Source: an uncultured Acidimicrobiaceae bacterium (lineage in GTDB: Bacteria > Actinomycetota > Acidimicrobiia > Spongiisociales > UBA5794). From it: 64,000 bases of DNA. The position numbers were made by a program, and so were the translations under genes. Below the pieces are notes generated by a model. That model did not search any database. It was not told the origin of the DNA and saw only the letters and a list, made by a program, of their open reading frames with translations. Shown one piece after another: positions 19,127 to 27,636 of this stretch; within the stretch, counting starts at the first letter, position 1, and every line of letters starts with the position of its first letter. The stretch covers positions 2,570 to 66,569 of the forward strand of contig CAZPAV010000008.1 in assembly GCA_964584755.1 (NCBI GenBank). The letters are read 5' to 3'.

Positions 19127-20400
19127 CACACCCTCCCCGCTTCCTGCGCGGCGACGTACTTGGCGTTGATCCGCTCCCGCAGCGGCGGCACGAGGCCGGG
19201 GACCGGCAGCCTGGCGAGCGCCTCCTCGAAGAAGCCTCGCACCTGGAGGCGGTCGGCGCGCTCGCGGGGCAGACCCCGGCTCATGAGGTAGTACCGCTGG
19301 TCCTCGTCGAGGGGCCCCACGGTGGAGCCGTGACCGCAACGAACGTCGTTGGCGAGGATCTCGAGGTTGGGAACGGATTGGGCCGAGGCACCGTCGGCGA
19401 GGATGAGGTTCCGGTTCGTCTGGAACGCCTCGGTCTTCTGGGCGTCGGCCTCGATCCGGATCATCCCGGTGAACACCGAGTCGGCCTCGTCCTCGACCGC
19501 GCCCTTGAGGAACATGTCCGAGCGGGTCCGGGGCCCGACGTGACGGATGAAGTACCGGTAGTCGAGTGTCTGATGGCCGTCCCCGAAGTACGCTCCCACG
19601 ATCCGGGCCTCGGACCCGGCGCCCTCCAGGTCGATGCCGAGGTGCCACCGGGAGAGACGGCCACCGAGCCCCACCTCGCCGAAGGCGAGGGAGGCGTCCC
19701 GCTCGAGCAGGATCCGGGCCTGCCCCAGGGACCACGTCGCCCCGCCCCATCCCTGGACGACGGTGAGCGCGAGCCGGGCGTCCGCGCCGACACGGGCGAC
19801 GAGCTGGGGAACCACGAGGACGGTGTCGGTCGGTCGGGAGTGATAGGTGACGACGACCGATCCCTCAGCTCCGGGAGCGGCGTCGACGAGCACCCGGGGG
19901 AAGATGGCGAGGCCGTCGCCCGTCGCCTCGACGTCGACGTGCACCGGCCCCTCGAGTGCCTTCCCCGCGGCCCCGTGCACCAGGACGCCCTCCCCGCCGA
20001 AGGCCTCGTGAGCGGCGGCGAACCGGTCGAGATCGACCGGGATCCCGGCGACGTCCAACACCGCGCGCACCTGCTCCGCGGCCTCGGGATCGTCCAGGGG
20101 CTGGACCGTCCACCCGTCCCGCTCCTCGATCTCGTCTCGGGGCGTGCCGTCCACGATCGCGGCCCGGAGGGTCGGACCGATCGCCGTTCCCAGCTCCTCC
20201 CCCGCCGGGGATCCGGGACCGTCGGGGAGGACGAACTCGCCGAGATCGAGGTCGAGATCGACGTACCGCCAGACCTCCTCCTTCGGTGACGGCATCGGGA
20301 GCTCCTCGAAGCGGGCGAACGCCCGGGAGCGCCGCTCCCGGCGCCACGGTGCGTCGCCGTGAAGGCGCGTCTCCACGCCGCTTCGGTCGAGTCCCGGCAC
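19126..20400 (-). CDS. sufD: Fe-S cluster assembly protein SufD
   Basis: A SufBD-fold C-terminus (...FQTNRNLILADGASAQSVPNLEILANDVRCGHGSTVG). It is translationally coupled to the Rieske gene. Confidence 0.8.
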   Translation of the reverse strand: MPGLDRSGVETRLHGDAPWRRERRSRAFARFEELPMPSPKEEVWRYVDLDLDLGEFVLPDGPGSPAGEELGTAIGPTLRAAIVDGTPRDEIEERDGWTVQPLDDPEAAEQVRAVLDVAGIPVDLDRFAAAHEAFGGEGVLVHGAAGKALEGPVHVDVEATGDGLAIFPRVLVDAAPGAEGSVVVTYHSRPTDTVLVVPQLVARVGADARLALTVVQGWGGATWSLGQARILLERDASLAFGEVGLGGRLSRWHLGIDLEGAGSEARIVGAYFGDGHQTLDYRYFIRHVGPRTRSDMFLKGAVEDEADSVFTGMIRIEADAQKTEAFQTNRNLILADGASAQSVPNLEILANDVRCGHGSTVGPLDEDQRYYLMSRGLPRERADRLQVRGFFEEALARLPVPGLVPPLRERINAKYVAAQEAGRV

Positions 20401-20504
20401 GTCCGTCCTTCCTGGTCGCGGCGGAGCTTACCGAGGCGACAGGACCTACCCGAAGGCGGGGGTGCGACCGGGGACGGGGCGGTCACGACCCCTCCGCGAG
20501 GGGG

Positions 20505-21194
20505 TCACCTGGCGTCGACGAGCGCCCGGGCACGGTCGAAGACGGCGTCGAACATCGCCTCGCTCAGCCGTCCCGTGAAGGTGTTCTGCTGGCTGGGGTG
20601 GTAGCTGAGCAGGAGCATCGGTCCCTCCCCGAGCGCCACCTCGACGCCGTGGCCGAAACGGGGCCGCGGTCGCGGCAGGCGCACACCGCGCCGGCCCGCC
20701 CAGGACCACACCGCGCCGTACGCGAACGCGCCCAGCGCGACCACCACCCCGATCCGGGGCAGGAGCGCCAGCTCGGCGTCGAACCACGCGCGGCAGGCGT
20801 CGCGCTCGCCGGGCGTGGGTCGGTTTCCGGGCGGCGCGCAGCGGACGGGAGCGGTGACCCAGGCCCCGGCGAGCCGGAGGCCGTCGCCGCGGCCGACCGA
20901 GACGGGCCGGTCGGCGAAACCGGCGCGGTGGAGGGCTCGGAACAGCCACTCTCCCGAGCGGTCCCCGGTGAACATCCTCCCCGTCCGGTTCGCGCCGTGG
21001 GCCGCCGGGGCGAGGCCCACCACGAGGAGCCGCGCCTCCGGATCCCCGAACCCGGGAACCGGTCGACCCCAGTACTCCTCGTCGCGATAGGCGGCGCGCC
21101 GGTCGCGGGCCACCTTCTCGCGCCACGCGACGAGACGGGGGCAGCGCCGGCAGGCGACGATGTCGGCGGCGAGGCGTTCGAGTGGGCCGCTCAC
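20505..21194 (-). CDS. uracil-DNA glycosylase, family 5 (UdgB-type, Fe-S containing)
   Basis: The GLAPAAHGANRTGRMFTGD motif has GLAPA in place of GEGPG. A C-terminal HPS motif (SYHPSQQN) and an N-terminal Cys cluster (ACRRCP) are present. The GTG start at 21194 overlaps the upstream gene. The 1000-aa ORF-track extension was rejected. Confidence 0.7.
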   Translation of the reverse strand: MSGPLERLAADIVACRRCPRLVAWREKVARDRRAAYRDEEYWGRPVPGFGDPEARLLVVGLAPAAHGANRTGRMFTGDRSGEWLFRALHRAGFADRPVSVGRGDGLRLAGAWVTAPVRCAPPGNRPTPGERDACRAWFDAELALLPRIGVVVALGAFAYGAVWSWAGRRGVRLPRPRPRFGHGVEVALGEGPMLLLSYHPSQQNTFTGRLSEAMFDAVFDRARALVDAR

Positions 21195-22702
21195 CGCGTC
21201 GGGAGGGTCGCCGCGTCGTAGCTGCTCGTCGTGCTCCACAGCATCCACCCCATGTCCCGCGCCTCGGCCGCCGCGGTCACGCCCCGGACCCCCTCCGTGC
21301 CGATCTTCCAGGTCTGCAGCCACGGCCGGTAGTAGCCGAACCCCTCGAGCTTGCGAACGCCCGCATCGAGCGCCTGGCCCACGATCGCCACCGCGTTGGC
21401 GTCGGGATCGGCGAAGCCCTTCCAGCCGGGACGGTAGTTCGTCGAGTACACCATGGGGCTGAGGACGTCGATGATGCGGGACATGGCCCCCGGCCGCTGC
21501 CCGATCCCCTCGTCCGTCCCGCTCTCGAGCGTGATCGCCAGGACGTTGGCGCCCACGGCGCAACCCATGGGGTCGAGGACCGAGTACGCCCGCTCGAGGA
21601 ACGCATCGATCGAGGCGACCCGGACCTCCTCGGTGTACGCGCCGTCGAAGGTCGCGGTCTTGACGGACCCGCCGAACGGGAAGGCGACGTAGTCGAACTG
21701 GATCTCGTCGAAACCCCGACGGCACGCCTCCTCGGCCAGGGAGATGGCGTACTCGAAGGAGGCCGGGTCGCTGGGGTCGAGCCACCGCTTCCCGGCCTTC
21801 GTCTCCCAGAGGGCCCCCGTGGCCTCGTCCATGACGGCATGGTCCGGCTCCGCCGAGGCGAGGAGCGGATCCTGGAACACGACGATCCGCCCGATCCCGT
21901 ACAGATCGTGCGCCTCGAGATCGGCGAGGACCTGCCCCAGGTCGTACCGCACCGCGACCGCGCCGATCTCGTGGGCCCGGGTCACCTCGGTGTCGTACGG
22001 TACCGTGCCCTCCTCGTCCTTGAGGTCGATGACGAGCCCGTCGATCCCGGTGAGGTCGGCGAGGGAGAGGATCTCCTGCCAGCGGCTCGGGTCTCCCACC
22101 GCGTCGGCGCCCGCCCGCAGCGCCCGGATCCGCAGGGGATCCATGGTGGTGGCGATCTCGTCGCCGTTGCCGTCCCAGAGGACACGTCCCGGTCGCCACG
22201 CGGGCCGGGTGAGCTCGAGCTCGCCGGGGGTGGCACGCTCGAGGTGGAACCGCCCCTCGTCGTCGCTCGTGGCCTCGACGCCGTTGAGGACGACGTGGAC
22301 CCCGGGGAGGGCGATGCCCTGGGGCGTCGTCACCCGACCGGCGAGGACGACCGGGTCCATGCGGAACTCGATGCGACCCGCCGACGGATACTCCTCGAGG
22401 ACGGTGGAGGAGGGACGGAATCCGGGCGCGGTGACGTCGATGGCGAGGGGCCGGCCCGGCCAGGCCACCGTGACCGAGCCCTGGGCGTCGAGGGGGAGGG
22501 AGCGCCCGTCGACGAGGACGTTCCCATTCAGCGCGGTGAGGTCGTCGCCGGCGAGCACGACGATCCGCAGGTGGGGCGATCCGAGCTCGGGTGCCCGGAC
22601 GGCCCCGCCGGGGTCCGTCGGGAGCGGCCCCGCACAGGCGGCGACGACGAGGAGGAGCAGCGCCGTCGACGACCGGAGGAGCCGGAGAATGGTACGGGTC
22701 AA
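21191..22702 (-). CDS. lipoprotein with a putative glycoside-hydrolase-like TIM-barrel domain (DUF4015/GHL-type) and an N-terminal beta-sandwich
   Basis: A lipobox (LLLVVAACAG) is followed by a domain resembling uncharacterised GH-like TIM barrels (...IVVFQDP...MVYSTNY...). The assignment rests on remembered family features only. Confidence 0.5.
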   Translation of the reverse strand: MTRTILRLLRSSTALLLLVVAACAGPLPTDPGGAVRAPELGSPHLRIVVLAGDDLTALNGNVLVDGRSLPLDAQGSVTVAWPGRPLAIDVTAPGFRPSSTVLEEYPSAGRIEFRMDPVVLAGRVTTPQGIALPGVHVVLNGVEATSDDEGRFHLERATPGELELTRPAWRPGRVLWDGNGDEIATTMDPLRIRALRAGADAVGDPSRWQEILSLADLTGIDGLVIDLKDEEGTVPYDTEVTRAHEIGAVAVRYDLGQVLADLEAHDLYGIGRIVVFQDPLLASAEPDHAVMDEATGALWETKAGKRWLDPSDPASFEYAISLAEEACRRGFDEIQFDYVAFPFGGSVKTATFDGAYTEEVRVASIDAFLERAYSVLDPMGCAVGANVLAITLESGTDEGIGQRPGAMSRIIDVLSPMVYSTNYRPGWKGFADPDANAVAIVGQALDAGVRKLEGFGYYRPWLQTWKIGTEGVRGVTAAAEARDMGWMLWSTTSSYDAATLPTR

Positions 22703-22751
22703 GACAGCGCTCCGGGGACGTCCAGCGGCCGCAGGCTAGTTGGGGAGCGGA

Positions 22752-22780
22752 TTGCCACCTCCCTGCTCTCATGATATGTT
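22752..22780 (+). promoter_or_regulatory. sigma-70-type promoter candidate TTGCCA-17 bp-TATGTT upstream of the sigma-factor gene
   Basis: An AT-rich island in the divergent intergenic region. The spacing and hexamers are read from the sequence. Confidence 0.3.
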
Positions 22781-22829
22781 CAAGACGCTCTCCCCCCGAC
22801 TCGGGGGCACGTACGAGGGAGGGGAGCGG

Positions 22830-23762
22830 ATGGCGGAGCAAGCCCGCGACACCAGCGTGGCCGATGCGGTCGGCACCTACCTCGAGGCGGTCGCGAACCA
22901 CGACCTCCTGACCGCCGAGGACGAGGTTCGACTCGCCCGGGCCATCGAGGCCGGGCGCCGTGCCGGGCACCGCCTCGACGCCGAGGGCACCACGCTGACT
23001 CCCGCCGAGCGGGCCGACCTGTTCCGCCTCGTCCACGAGGCCGACGAGGCCCGGGCGCACTTCATCCGGGCCAACCTGCGCCTCGTCATCTCGATCGCGA
23101 AGCGGTACACGGGTCGCGGGTTGGAGCTGCTGGACCTCGTCCAGGAGGGGAACCTCGGCCTCATCCGGGCCGTGGAGAAGTTCGACTGGCGCAAGGGCTT
23201 CAAGTTCTCCACCTACGCCACGTGGTGGATCCGCCAGGCCATCACCCGCGGCCTCGGCAACCAGGGGCGAACCATCCGCCTCCCGGTGCACATGGTCGAC
23301 ATCGTCCGGCTCGTGCAGGAGACCGAGATCTCGCTCCAGAAGCGGCTCCATCACCCACCGACCGTCGAGGAGATCGCCGAGGTGAGCGGCATCGACCGCG
23401 AGAAGGTCGAGGCCGCCCTCGCCGCCCCGGGGGACACCGTCTCCCTCGAGCGCCCCGTCGGCGAGGACGGGGAGGCGGAGTTGGGCGACTTCGTGGAGGA
23501 CGTCCACACCCCCGATCCCTTCCTCATCGTCGCCGAGGCGGCCCGACGCGAGGGTCTCCTACGGGCGCTCCAGATGCTCGACGAGCGAGAGCGGACGGTC
23601 ATCGTCCTCCGCTACGGCCTCGACGGCGAGGCTCCTCGCACCCTCTCCGACGTGGGAGCCACCCTGGGAGTCACCCGCGAGCGGGTCCGGCAGCTCGAGA
23701 CGCGGGCCCTCGGGAAGCTCCGCCATCCGAGTTGCCGGTACGACCTCGAGTCCCTCCTCTGA
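22830..23762 (+). CDS. RNA polymerase sigma-70 family factor (group-2-like, about 310 aa)
   Basis: Regions 1.2/2 (LIRAVEKFDWRKGFKFSTYATWWIRQAITR), 3 and 4 (TLSDVGATLGVTRERVRQLETRALGKLRH). The start is the ATG at 22830, which has GGAGG upstream. Confidence 0.85.
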   Translation: MAEQARDTSVADAVGTYLEAVANHDLLTAEDEVRLARAIEAGRRAGHRLDAEGTTLTPAERADLFRLVHEADEARAHFIRANLRLVISIAKRYTGRGLELLDLVQEGNLGLIRAVEKFDWRKGFKFSTYATWWIRQAITRGLGNQGRTIRLPVHMVDIVRLVQETEISLQKRLHHPPTVEEIAEVSGIDREKVEAALAAPGDTVSLERPVGEDGEAELGDFVEDVHTPDPFLIVAEAARREGLLRALQMLDERERTVIVLRYGLDGEAPRTLSDVGATLGVTRERVRQLETRALGKLRHPSCRYDLESLL

Positions 23763-23781
23763 GATCCGGTCGCCCCGCCGC

Positions 23782-24441
23782 TCAGAACAGCCGCAGGACG
23801 GGGGAGTCGAGACCGGCGAGCTCCTCGTGATCGACCTCCAACCAGGCGATCCCCCGATCCTCGGCGAGGACCCGGGCCTGGGGCTTGACGACCTCGGCCA
23901 CGAGCATCCCGCGCACCGGTGCGAGCCGCTCGTCCCGGCCGAGGAACTCGAGGTACCGGCCGAGCTGCTCCACACCGTCGATCTCGCCGCGCCGTTTCAC
24001 CTCGACGGCGAGCGTGACCCCCGCGCCGTCCCGGCAGAGCAGATCCACCGGTCCCACCGGGGTCGGGTACTCCCGCCGGATGAGTGTCGTGCCCGCTCCC
24101 AGGATCTCGGGCCGCTCGGCGAGGAGGCGCTGCAGGTCCGCCTCGACACCGTCCTTCTGCAGCCCCGGATCCTCTCCTAGCGCGATGGTCGTTGCGAAGT
24201 GGATCTCGTGGAAGACGATGACGAGCCGCTCCCCCCGGCCGTTCGTCACCACCCACCGACCCTCCTCCTCGAGGAGGTGGTTCGGGGCGTTCATCCAGTT
24301 CAGCGGCTTGTAGGCGCCGCCGTCGGCATGGACGGCGACGCACCCGTCCGCCTTCACCATGACGAGCCGCGTCGCCCGGGGGAGGCGGGCGCTGAGGCGC
24401 CCCTCGTACTCGACGGTGCACTCGGCGACGACGATCCGCAT
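23782..24441 (-). CDS. nucS: endonuclease NucS (EndoMS, mismatch-specific)
   Basis: The product reads [21 protein letters not shown]...YKPLNWM...GPVDLLC...[20 protein letters not shown], which is near-colinear with actinobacterial NucS. The 692-aa ORF-track extension was rejected. Confidence 0.85.
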   Translation of the reverse strand: MRIVVAECTVEYEGRLSARLPRATRLVMVKADGCVAVHADGGAYKPLNWMNAPNHLLEEEGRWVVTNGRGERLVIVFHEIHFATTIALGEDPGLQKDGVEADLQRLLAERPEILGAGTTLIRREYPTPVGPVDLLCRDGAGVTLAVEVKRRGEIDGVEQLGRYLEFLGRDERLAPVRGMLVAEVVKPQARVLAEDRGIAWLEVDHEELAGLDSPVLRLF

Positions 24442-24473
24442 GCCCGGAGAGGATACGCCCTCCCTGGCCGCCG

Positions 24474-26174
24474 CTACCTCCCGCAGCCGTCCGGCAGCGA
24501 GTACCGGGCGTCGGCGGCGAGTCCCTCGGCCTGCAGCGTCATGCCGTCGGGGAGCCGCACCTCGACGTCGACCCGGGTCGTCCTCCCCAGTCCGAGGTGG
24601 GCGATCGGCAGGACGCCGGCGCTGTAGCCGCGGCTCACCGTCAGGTCGGCGGAGCCGAGCAGGGCGGCCGGGTCCCCCAGCCCGCCGGCGGCGAAGACGA
24701 GGACCCTTCCTCCGACCCCGGATCCCCACCGCGGGTCGACGCCCACCTCGATCCAGTGCCCCGAGGCACCGACGTTGCGGAGCAGGCGGGTGGGGAGCTG
24801 CGGGAAGAACTCCACGAGGAGCACGTCGAGTCGTCCGTCGTGGTCGACGTCGGCAGCCGGCGCGGTGACCCAGTACTGCGCGTCTCCGAGACCGGCCGGA
24901 GCCGCGAACCGAGGGATGCCGTCGCGCACGCCGAGGCCCCGGAACACGGCCGGACGGGTGCCGCCCTCGGCCGAGGCGGAGGTGAGGATGTCGGGGATCC
25001 CGTCGTTGTCGAGGTCGACGATCTCCACGTGGGGCGCCTTCGTCGGAAGCGGGACGAGCCCGGCCGCCTCCGTCGCCTCCACGAAGGCGACCGACGTGTC
25101 CGAGCGGTTGAGGAACAGACGCACCGGCGCCGGCACGCCGAAGTCGACCGTGCTGTTGAAGTGCTGGCCGATGACGAGGTCGGGACGCCCGTCCCCGTCG
25201 ACGTCGCCGAACGCGGCGCCGGCCGGATCGTCCTCGTTGCCGTACGGTTCCCAGGCGAACCGGCCCGGGAGCGCCTCGACGAACCGGTCCCCGGCGTCGA
25301 GGAAGAGGCGGTCGTCGCCGGCGACGAAGAGATCGACGTCGCCGTCCCCGTCGACGTCGGAGGTGGCCACACCGAGGCCGGCGAGGTGGTCGGGCAGGCC
25401 CACCGCGACGGTCTCGTCGCGGAACCGGAGGCCACCGAGGTTCCGGTAGAACCGGCTCCGACCCCCCCGCCAGCGGTCCACGGCCACGAAGAGGTCGAGC
25501 CGGCCGTCCCCGTCGAGGTCGAGGAACCCCAACGAGCGGGCTCCGAGCTCGGGGTCGATCCCGGGCTCCGGGACCGGGACGAAGCGGCCGCCCCGGTTCT
25601 CGTACACGTCGGTGCGGTGCGCACCCGGCTTCCCCGGCTTCACGTTCCGGCTGAGGACGAGGTCCGGGTCGCCGTCGCCATCGAGATCGGCGAACGCCGC
25701 GGCCGAGGTCCTTCCCCGGACGGTGGGGAAGGCGAGGTCGGGGGTGAACCCGCCCGGACCACCCCGCAGGAGCCGGTCCGGAGCCGGTCCCTCCGCCCCA
25801 CGCACACGGTACCGGGCCACGGGCCGGTCGGCGAAGGTCCCCACGACGAGATCGGCCCATCCGTCTCCATCCACGTCACCGAAGGCGGCCGCGTGGGCGA
25901 ACATCCCCCGGAGGGGATCGAGGAGTCCCGTCTCCGCGGTGACGTCGGCGAAGGCGATCCCCTCCGGACCGACTCCCGGCGACGCCGTCCAGCACGGGGT
26001 CGGTCCCGTCGAGGAGGGAGCCGGCGTGGGGAGGGAGGAAGCGGTCGTCGCCGCCGGAGCCGGCGCGACCGTCGTCGACGGCGGTGGTGGTGGTGTAGCC
26101 GGAGGGGTCGCCGGCGGTGAGACGGTCGACGCACAGCCTGCGGCGAGGAGGACGAGGGCCAGGAGCCGGGTCAC
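24474..26174 (-). CDS. CRTAC1-family lipoprotein with FG-GAP/VCBS repeats and an ASPIC/UnbV-like C-terminus
   Basis: A lipobox (LLAAGCAS), a Pro/Thr linker, repeated DxDGDGxxDL motifs and a C-terminal ...[10 protein letters not shown]. Confidence 0.65.
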   Translation of the reverse strand: MTRLLALVLLAAGCASTVSPPATPPATPPPPPSTTVAPAPAATTASSLPTPAPSSTGPTPCWTASPGVGPEGIAFADVTAETGLLDPLRGMFAHAAAFGDVDGDGWADLVVGTFADRPVARYRVRGAEGPAPDRLLRGGPGGFTPDLAFPTVRGRTSAAAFADLDGDGDPDLVLSRNVKPGKPGAHRTDVYENRGGRFVPVPEPGIDPELGARSLGFLDLDGDGRLDLFVAVDRWRGGRSRFYRNLGGLRFRDETVAVGLPDHLAGLGVATSDVDGDGDVDLFVAGDDRLFLDAGDRFVEALPGRFAWEPYGNEDDPAGAAFGDVDGDGRPDLVIGQHFNSTVDFGVPAPVRLFLNRSDTSVAFVEATEAAGLVPLPTKAPHVEIVDLDNDGIPDILTSASAEGGTRPAVFRGLGVRDGIPRFAAPAGLGDAQYWVTAPAADVDHDGRLDVLLVEFFPQLPTRLLRNVGASGHWIEVGVDPRWGSGVGGRVLVFAAGGLGDPAALLGSADLTVSRGYSAGVLPIAHLGLGRTTRVDVEVRLPDGMTLQAEGLAADARYSLPDGCGR

Positions 26175-27595
26175 GGCAGGGTCACCACCAGGAGCACGAC
26201 CTCGCCGAAACCCCCCTCCGTGGCGAGCGGGGCGGCGTTCATCCCCACGAAGATCCGCCGCGTCGCGGGATCGAAGACGACGTCGTACGAGCCGCCGAGC
26301 CGCATCCCCAGCTTCGCCTCGACCGCCGGCTCCAAGAGGACGATGGTCTCCTGGTCACCGGTGGCGGTGTCGAGGGCGACGAGCGGCGCACCCCGCCGCC
26401 ACGCCTCGCCATGGGCGACGGGCACCGAGTAGACGCGCCCCGCCGCGACGTCCAGGGCGAGGGAGGTCGTGTAGCCGGCGGCCGGCCCGAGGACGCGGAT
26501 GTCGCCTCCCGGATCGAGCGCGAAGAAGATGTCGGGGTCCCGGGTCACCCCGTAGAGGACACCTCGCGCGTCGGGGGCGGTGGCGGCGCGCAGGAACTCC
26601 CCGGGCATCCGGTCGGCCAGCTCGGTGCGGAGACCCGTGGCCGGGTCGTACACGGCCAGCCGGCCTCCACCGAGGGACCAGTAGGCCCGGCCCGTCGCGG
26701 CGACGGCGATGGCCCGGTACCCGGTGTGGTCGGGGTCGTCGTCGGCGAACACGACCGCCCCCGAGGAAGGCGCGGTGACGACGAAGCGACCGTCGTCCTT
26801 CGCGAAGGGGTCCGCCGCCTCGGCGTAGAGGAGCGTGCCGTCGGGCGTCGCGGCCAAGGAGGGAACGCCGTGCTCGGGCACGAGCACCCCCCGGCTCGCC
26901 ACGGTCCCGAACCGGGGGTCCACGGCGAGCAGGAGGTCTCCCCGGTAGCTCCCCCCGTAGGTGAGCCCACGTCGCGTCCCCCAGTACGTCGTGGTGAGGA
27001 TCACGCCGCAGGGTCCTCGCACCATGGGGGCGTGGATCTTGCCGTACCCCCACTCCCCCGGTCGGTGGTCGACGAGGGAGAGGACGTCGAAGATCTGCCG
27101 GAGCGTGCCGGAGACGGGATCGAAGACGTAGCCGAAGGCGTTGCCGTCGGCACCGCGGTGGTCACCGATGGCGGAGAGGAATCGCCCGTCGTCGAGGACG
27201 ATGCCCCGTCCCCACTGCGACCAGGGATTCCCCGCATACTCGGGGTGCGGGTAGACGACCGCCTCGACGCGGGGCGTGAGGTCGTCACCCTCCTCGAGGA
27301 GGACCGTACCGGCCCGCGGCCCGTCGGCCCACGGGATCCCCCCCTCGACGGCACACGCCGCGACCGATGTGGCGGTGGTGGACGGCGCGAGGGAGGAGGT
27401 CGGTGCCGGCGGTGCGCCGGCGGCGCCGTCCCCGCTTCGCGGGGCGGGCACAGCGGGGGCGCCGGCCGTTCCCCGGTCGCCGCCGGCCGCCGGCGCGGTC
27501 GCACTCGGCGCGGACAGGGCGGTCGTGGTCGGCACCGCGACGCAGGCGGCGCCGAGGAGGGCGATCCCCACCGCCACCGCACCGAGTCGCATCAC
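26171..27595 (-). CDS. secreted lipoprotein, probably a beta-propeller, of unknown function
   Basis: A lipobox (LLGAACVA), an Ala/Pro/Thr linker and repeated hydrophobic/Gly/Asp blades. It overlaps the CRTAC1 gene (ATGA). Confidence 0.5.
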   Translation of the reverse strand: MMRLGAVAVGIALLGAACVAVPTTTALSAPSATAPAAGGDRGTAGAPAVPAPRSGDGAAGAPPAPTSSLAPSTTATSVAACAVEGGIPWADGPRAGTVLLEEGDDLTPRVEAVVYPHPEYAGNPWSQWGRGIVLDDGRFLSAIGDHRGADGNAFGYVFDPVSGTLRQIFDVLSLVDHRPGEWGYGKIHAPMVRGPCGVILTTTYWGTRRGLTYGGSYRGDLLLAVDPRFGTVASRGVLVPEHGVPSLAATPDGTLLYAEAADPFAKDDGRFVVTAPSSGAVVFADDDPDHTGYRAIAVAATGRAYWSLGGGRLAVYDPATGLRTELADRMPGEFLRAATAPDARGVLYGVTRDPDIFFALDPGGDIRVLGPAAGYTTSLALDVAAGRVYSVPVAHGEAWRRGAPLVALDTATGDQETIVLLEPAVEAKLGMRLGGSYDVVFDPATRRIFVGMNAAPLATEGGFGEVVLLVVTLP

Positions 27596-27599
27596 GTCC

Positions 27600-27616
27600 C
27601 CCTCCTTCGGGGAGGG
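27600..27616. terminator. short GC hairpin (CCCTCC-ttcgg-GGAGGG) immediately downstream of sufB
   Basis: An inverted repeat read from the sequence. The stem is only 6 bp, so this is weak. Confidence 0.2.
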
Positions 27617-27636
27617 ACGTTACCCGGGAGGTCTCG

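Noticed and set aside
20401-20504. Imperfect inverted repeat GACCCCTC-CGCG-AGGGGGTC overlapping the UdgB stop, as a terminator
   Set aside because: The stem has a mismatch and overlaps the stop codon, so this is too weak to call. It may still be the boundary between the udgB and sufD transcription units.
20505-23507. 1000-aa minus-strand ORF extending the UdgB gene upstream through the lipoprotein and sigma-factor loci
   Set aside because: Only the last ~230 codons look like a UDG. The upstream part is low-complexity and overlaps two well-supported genes in other frames, and the GTG at 21194 gives a sensible start.
23782-25860. 692-aa ORF extending nucS upstream
   Set aside because: The NucS homology begins at the internal ATG at 24441 (MRIVVAEC). 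The upstream region is the shadow of the CRTAC1 lipoprotein gene.
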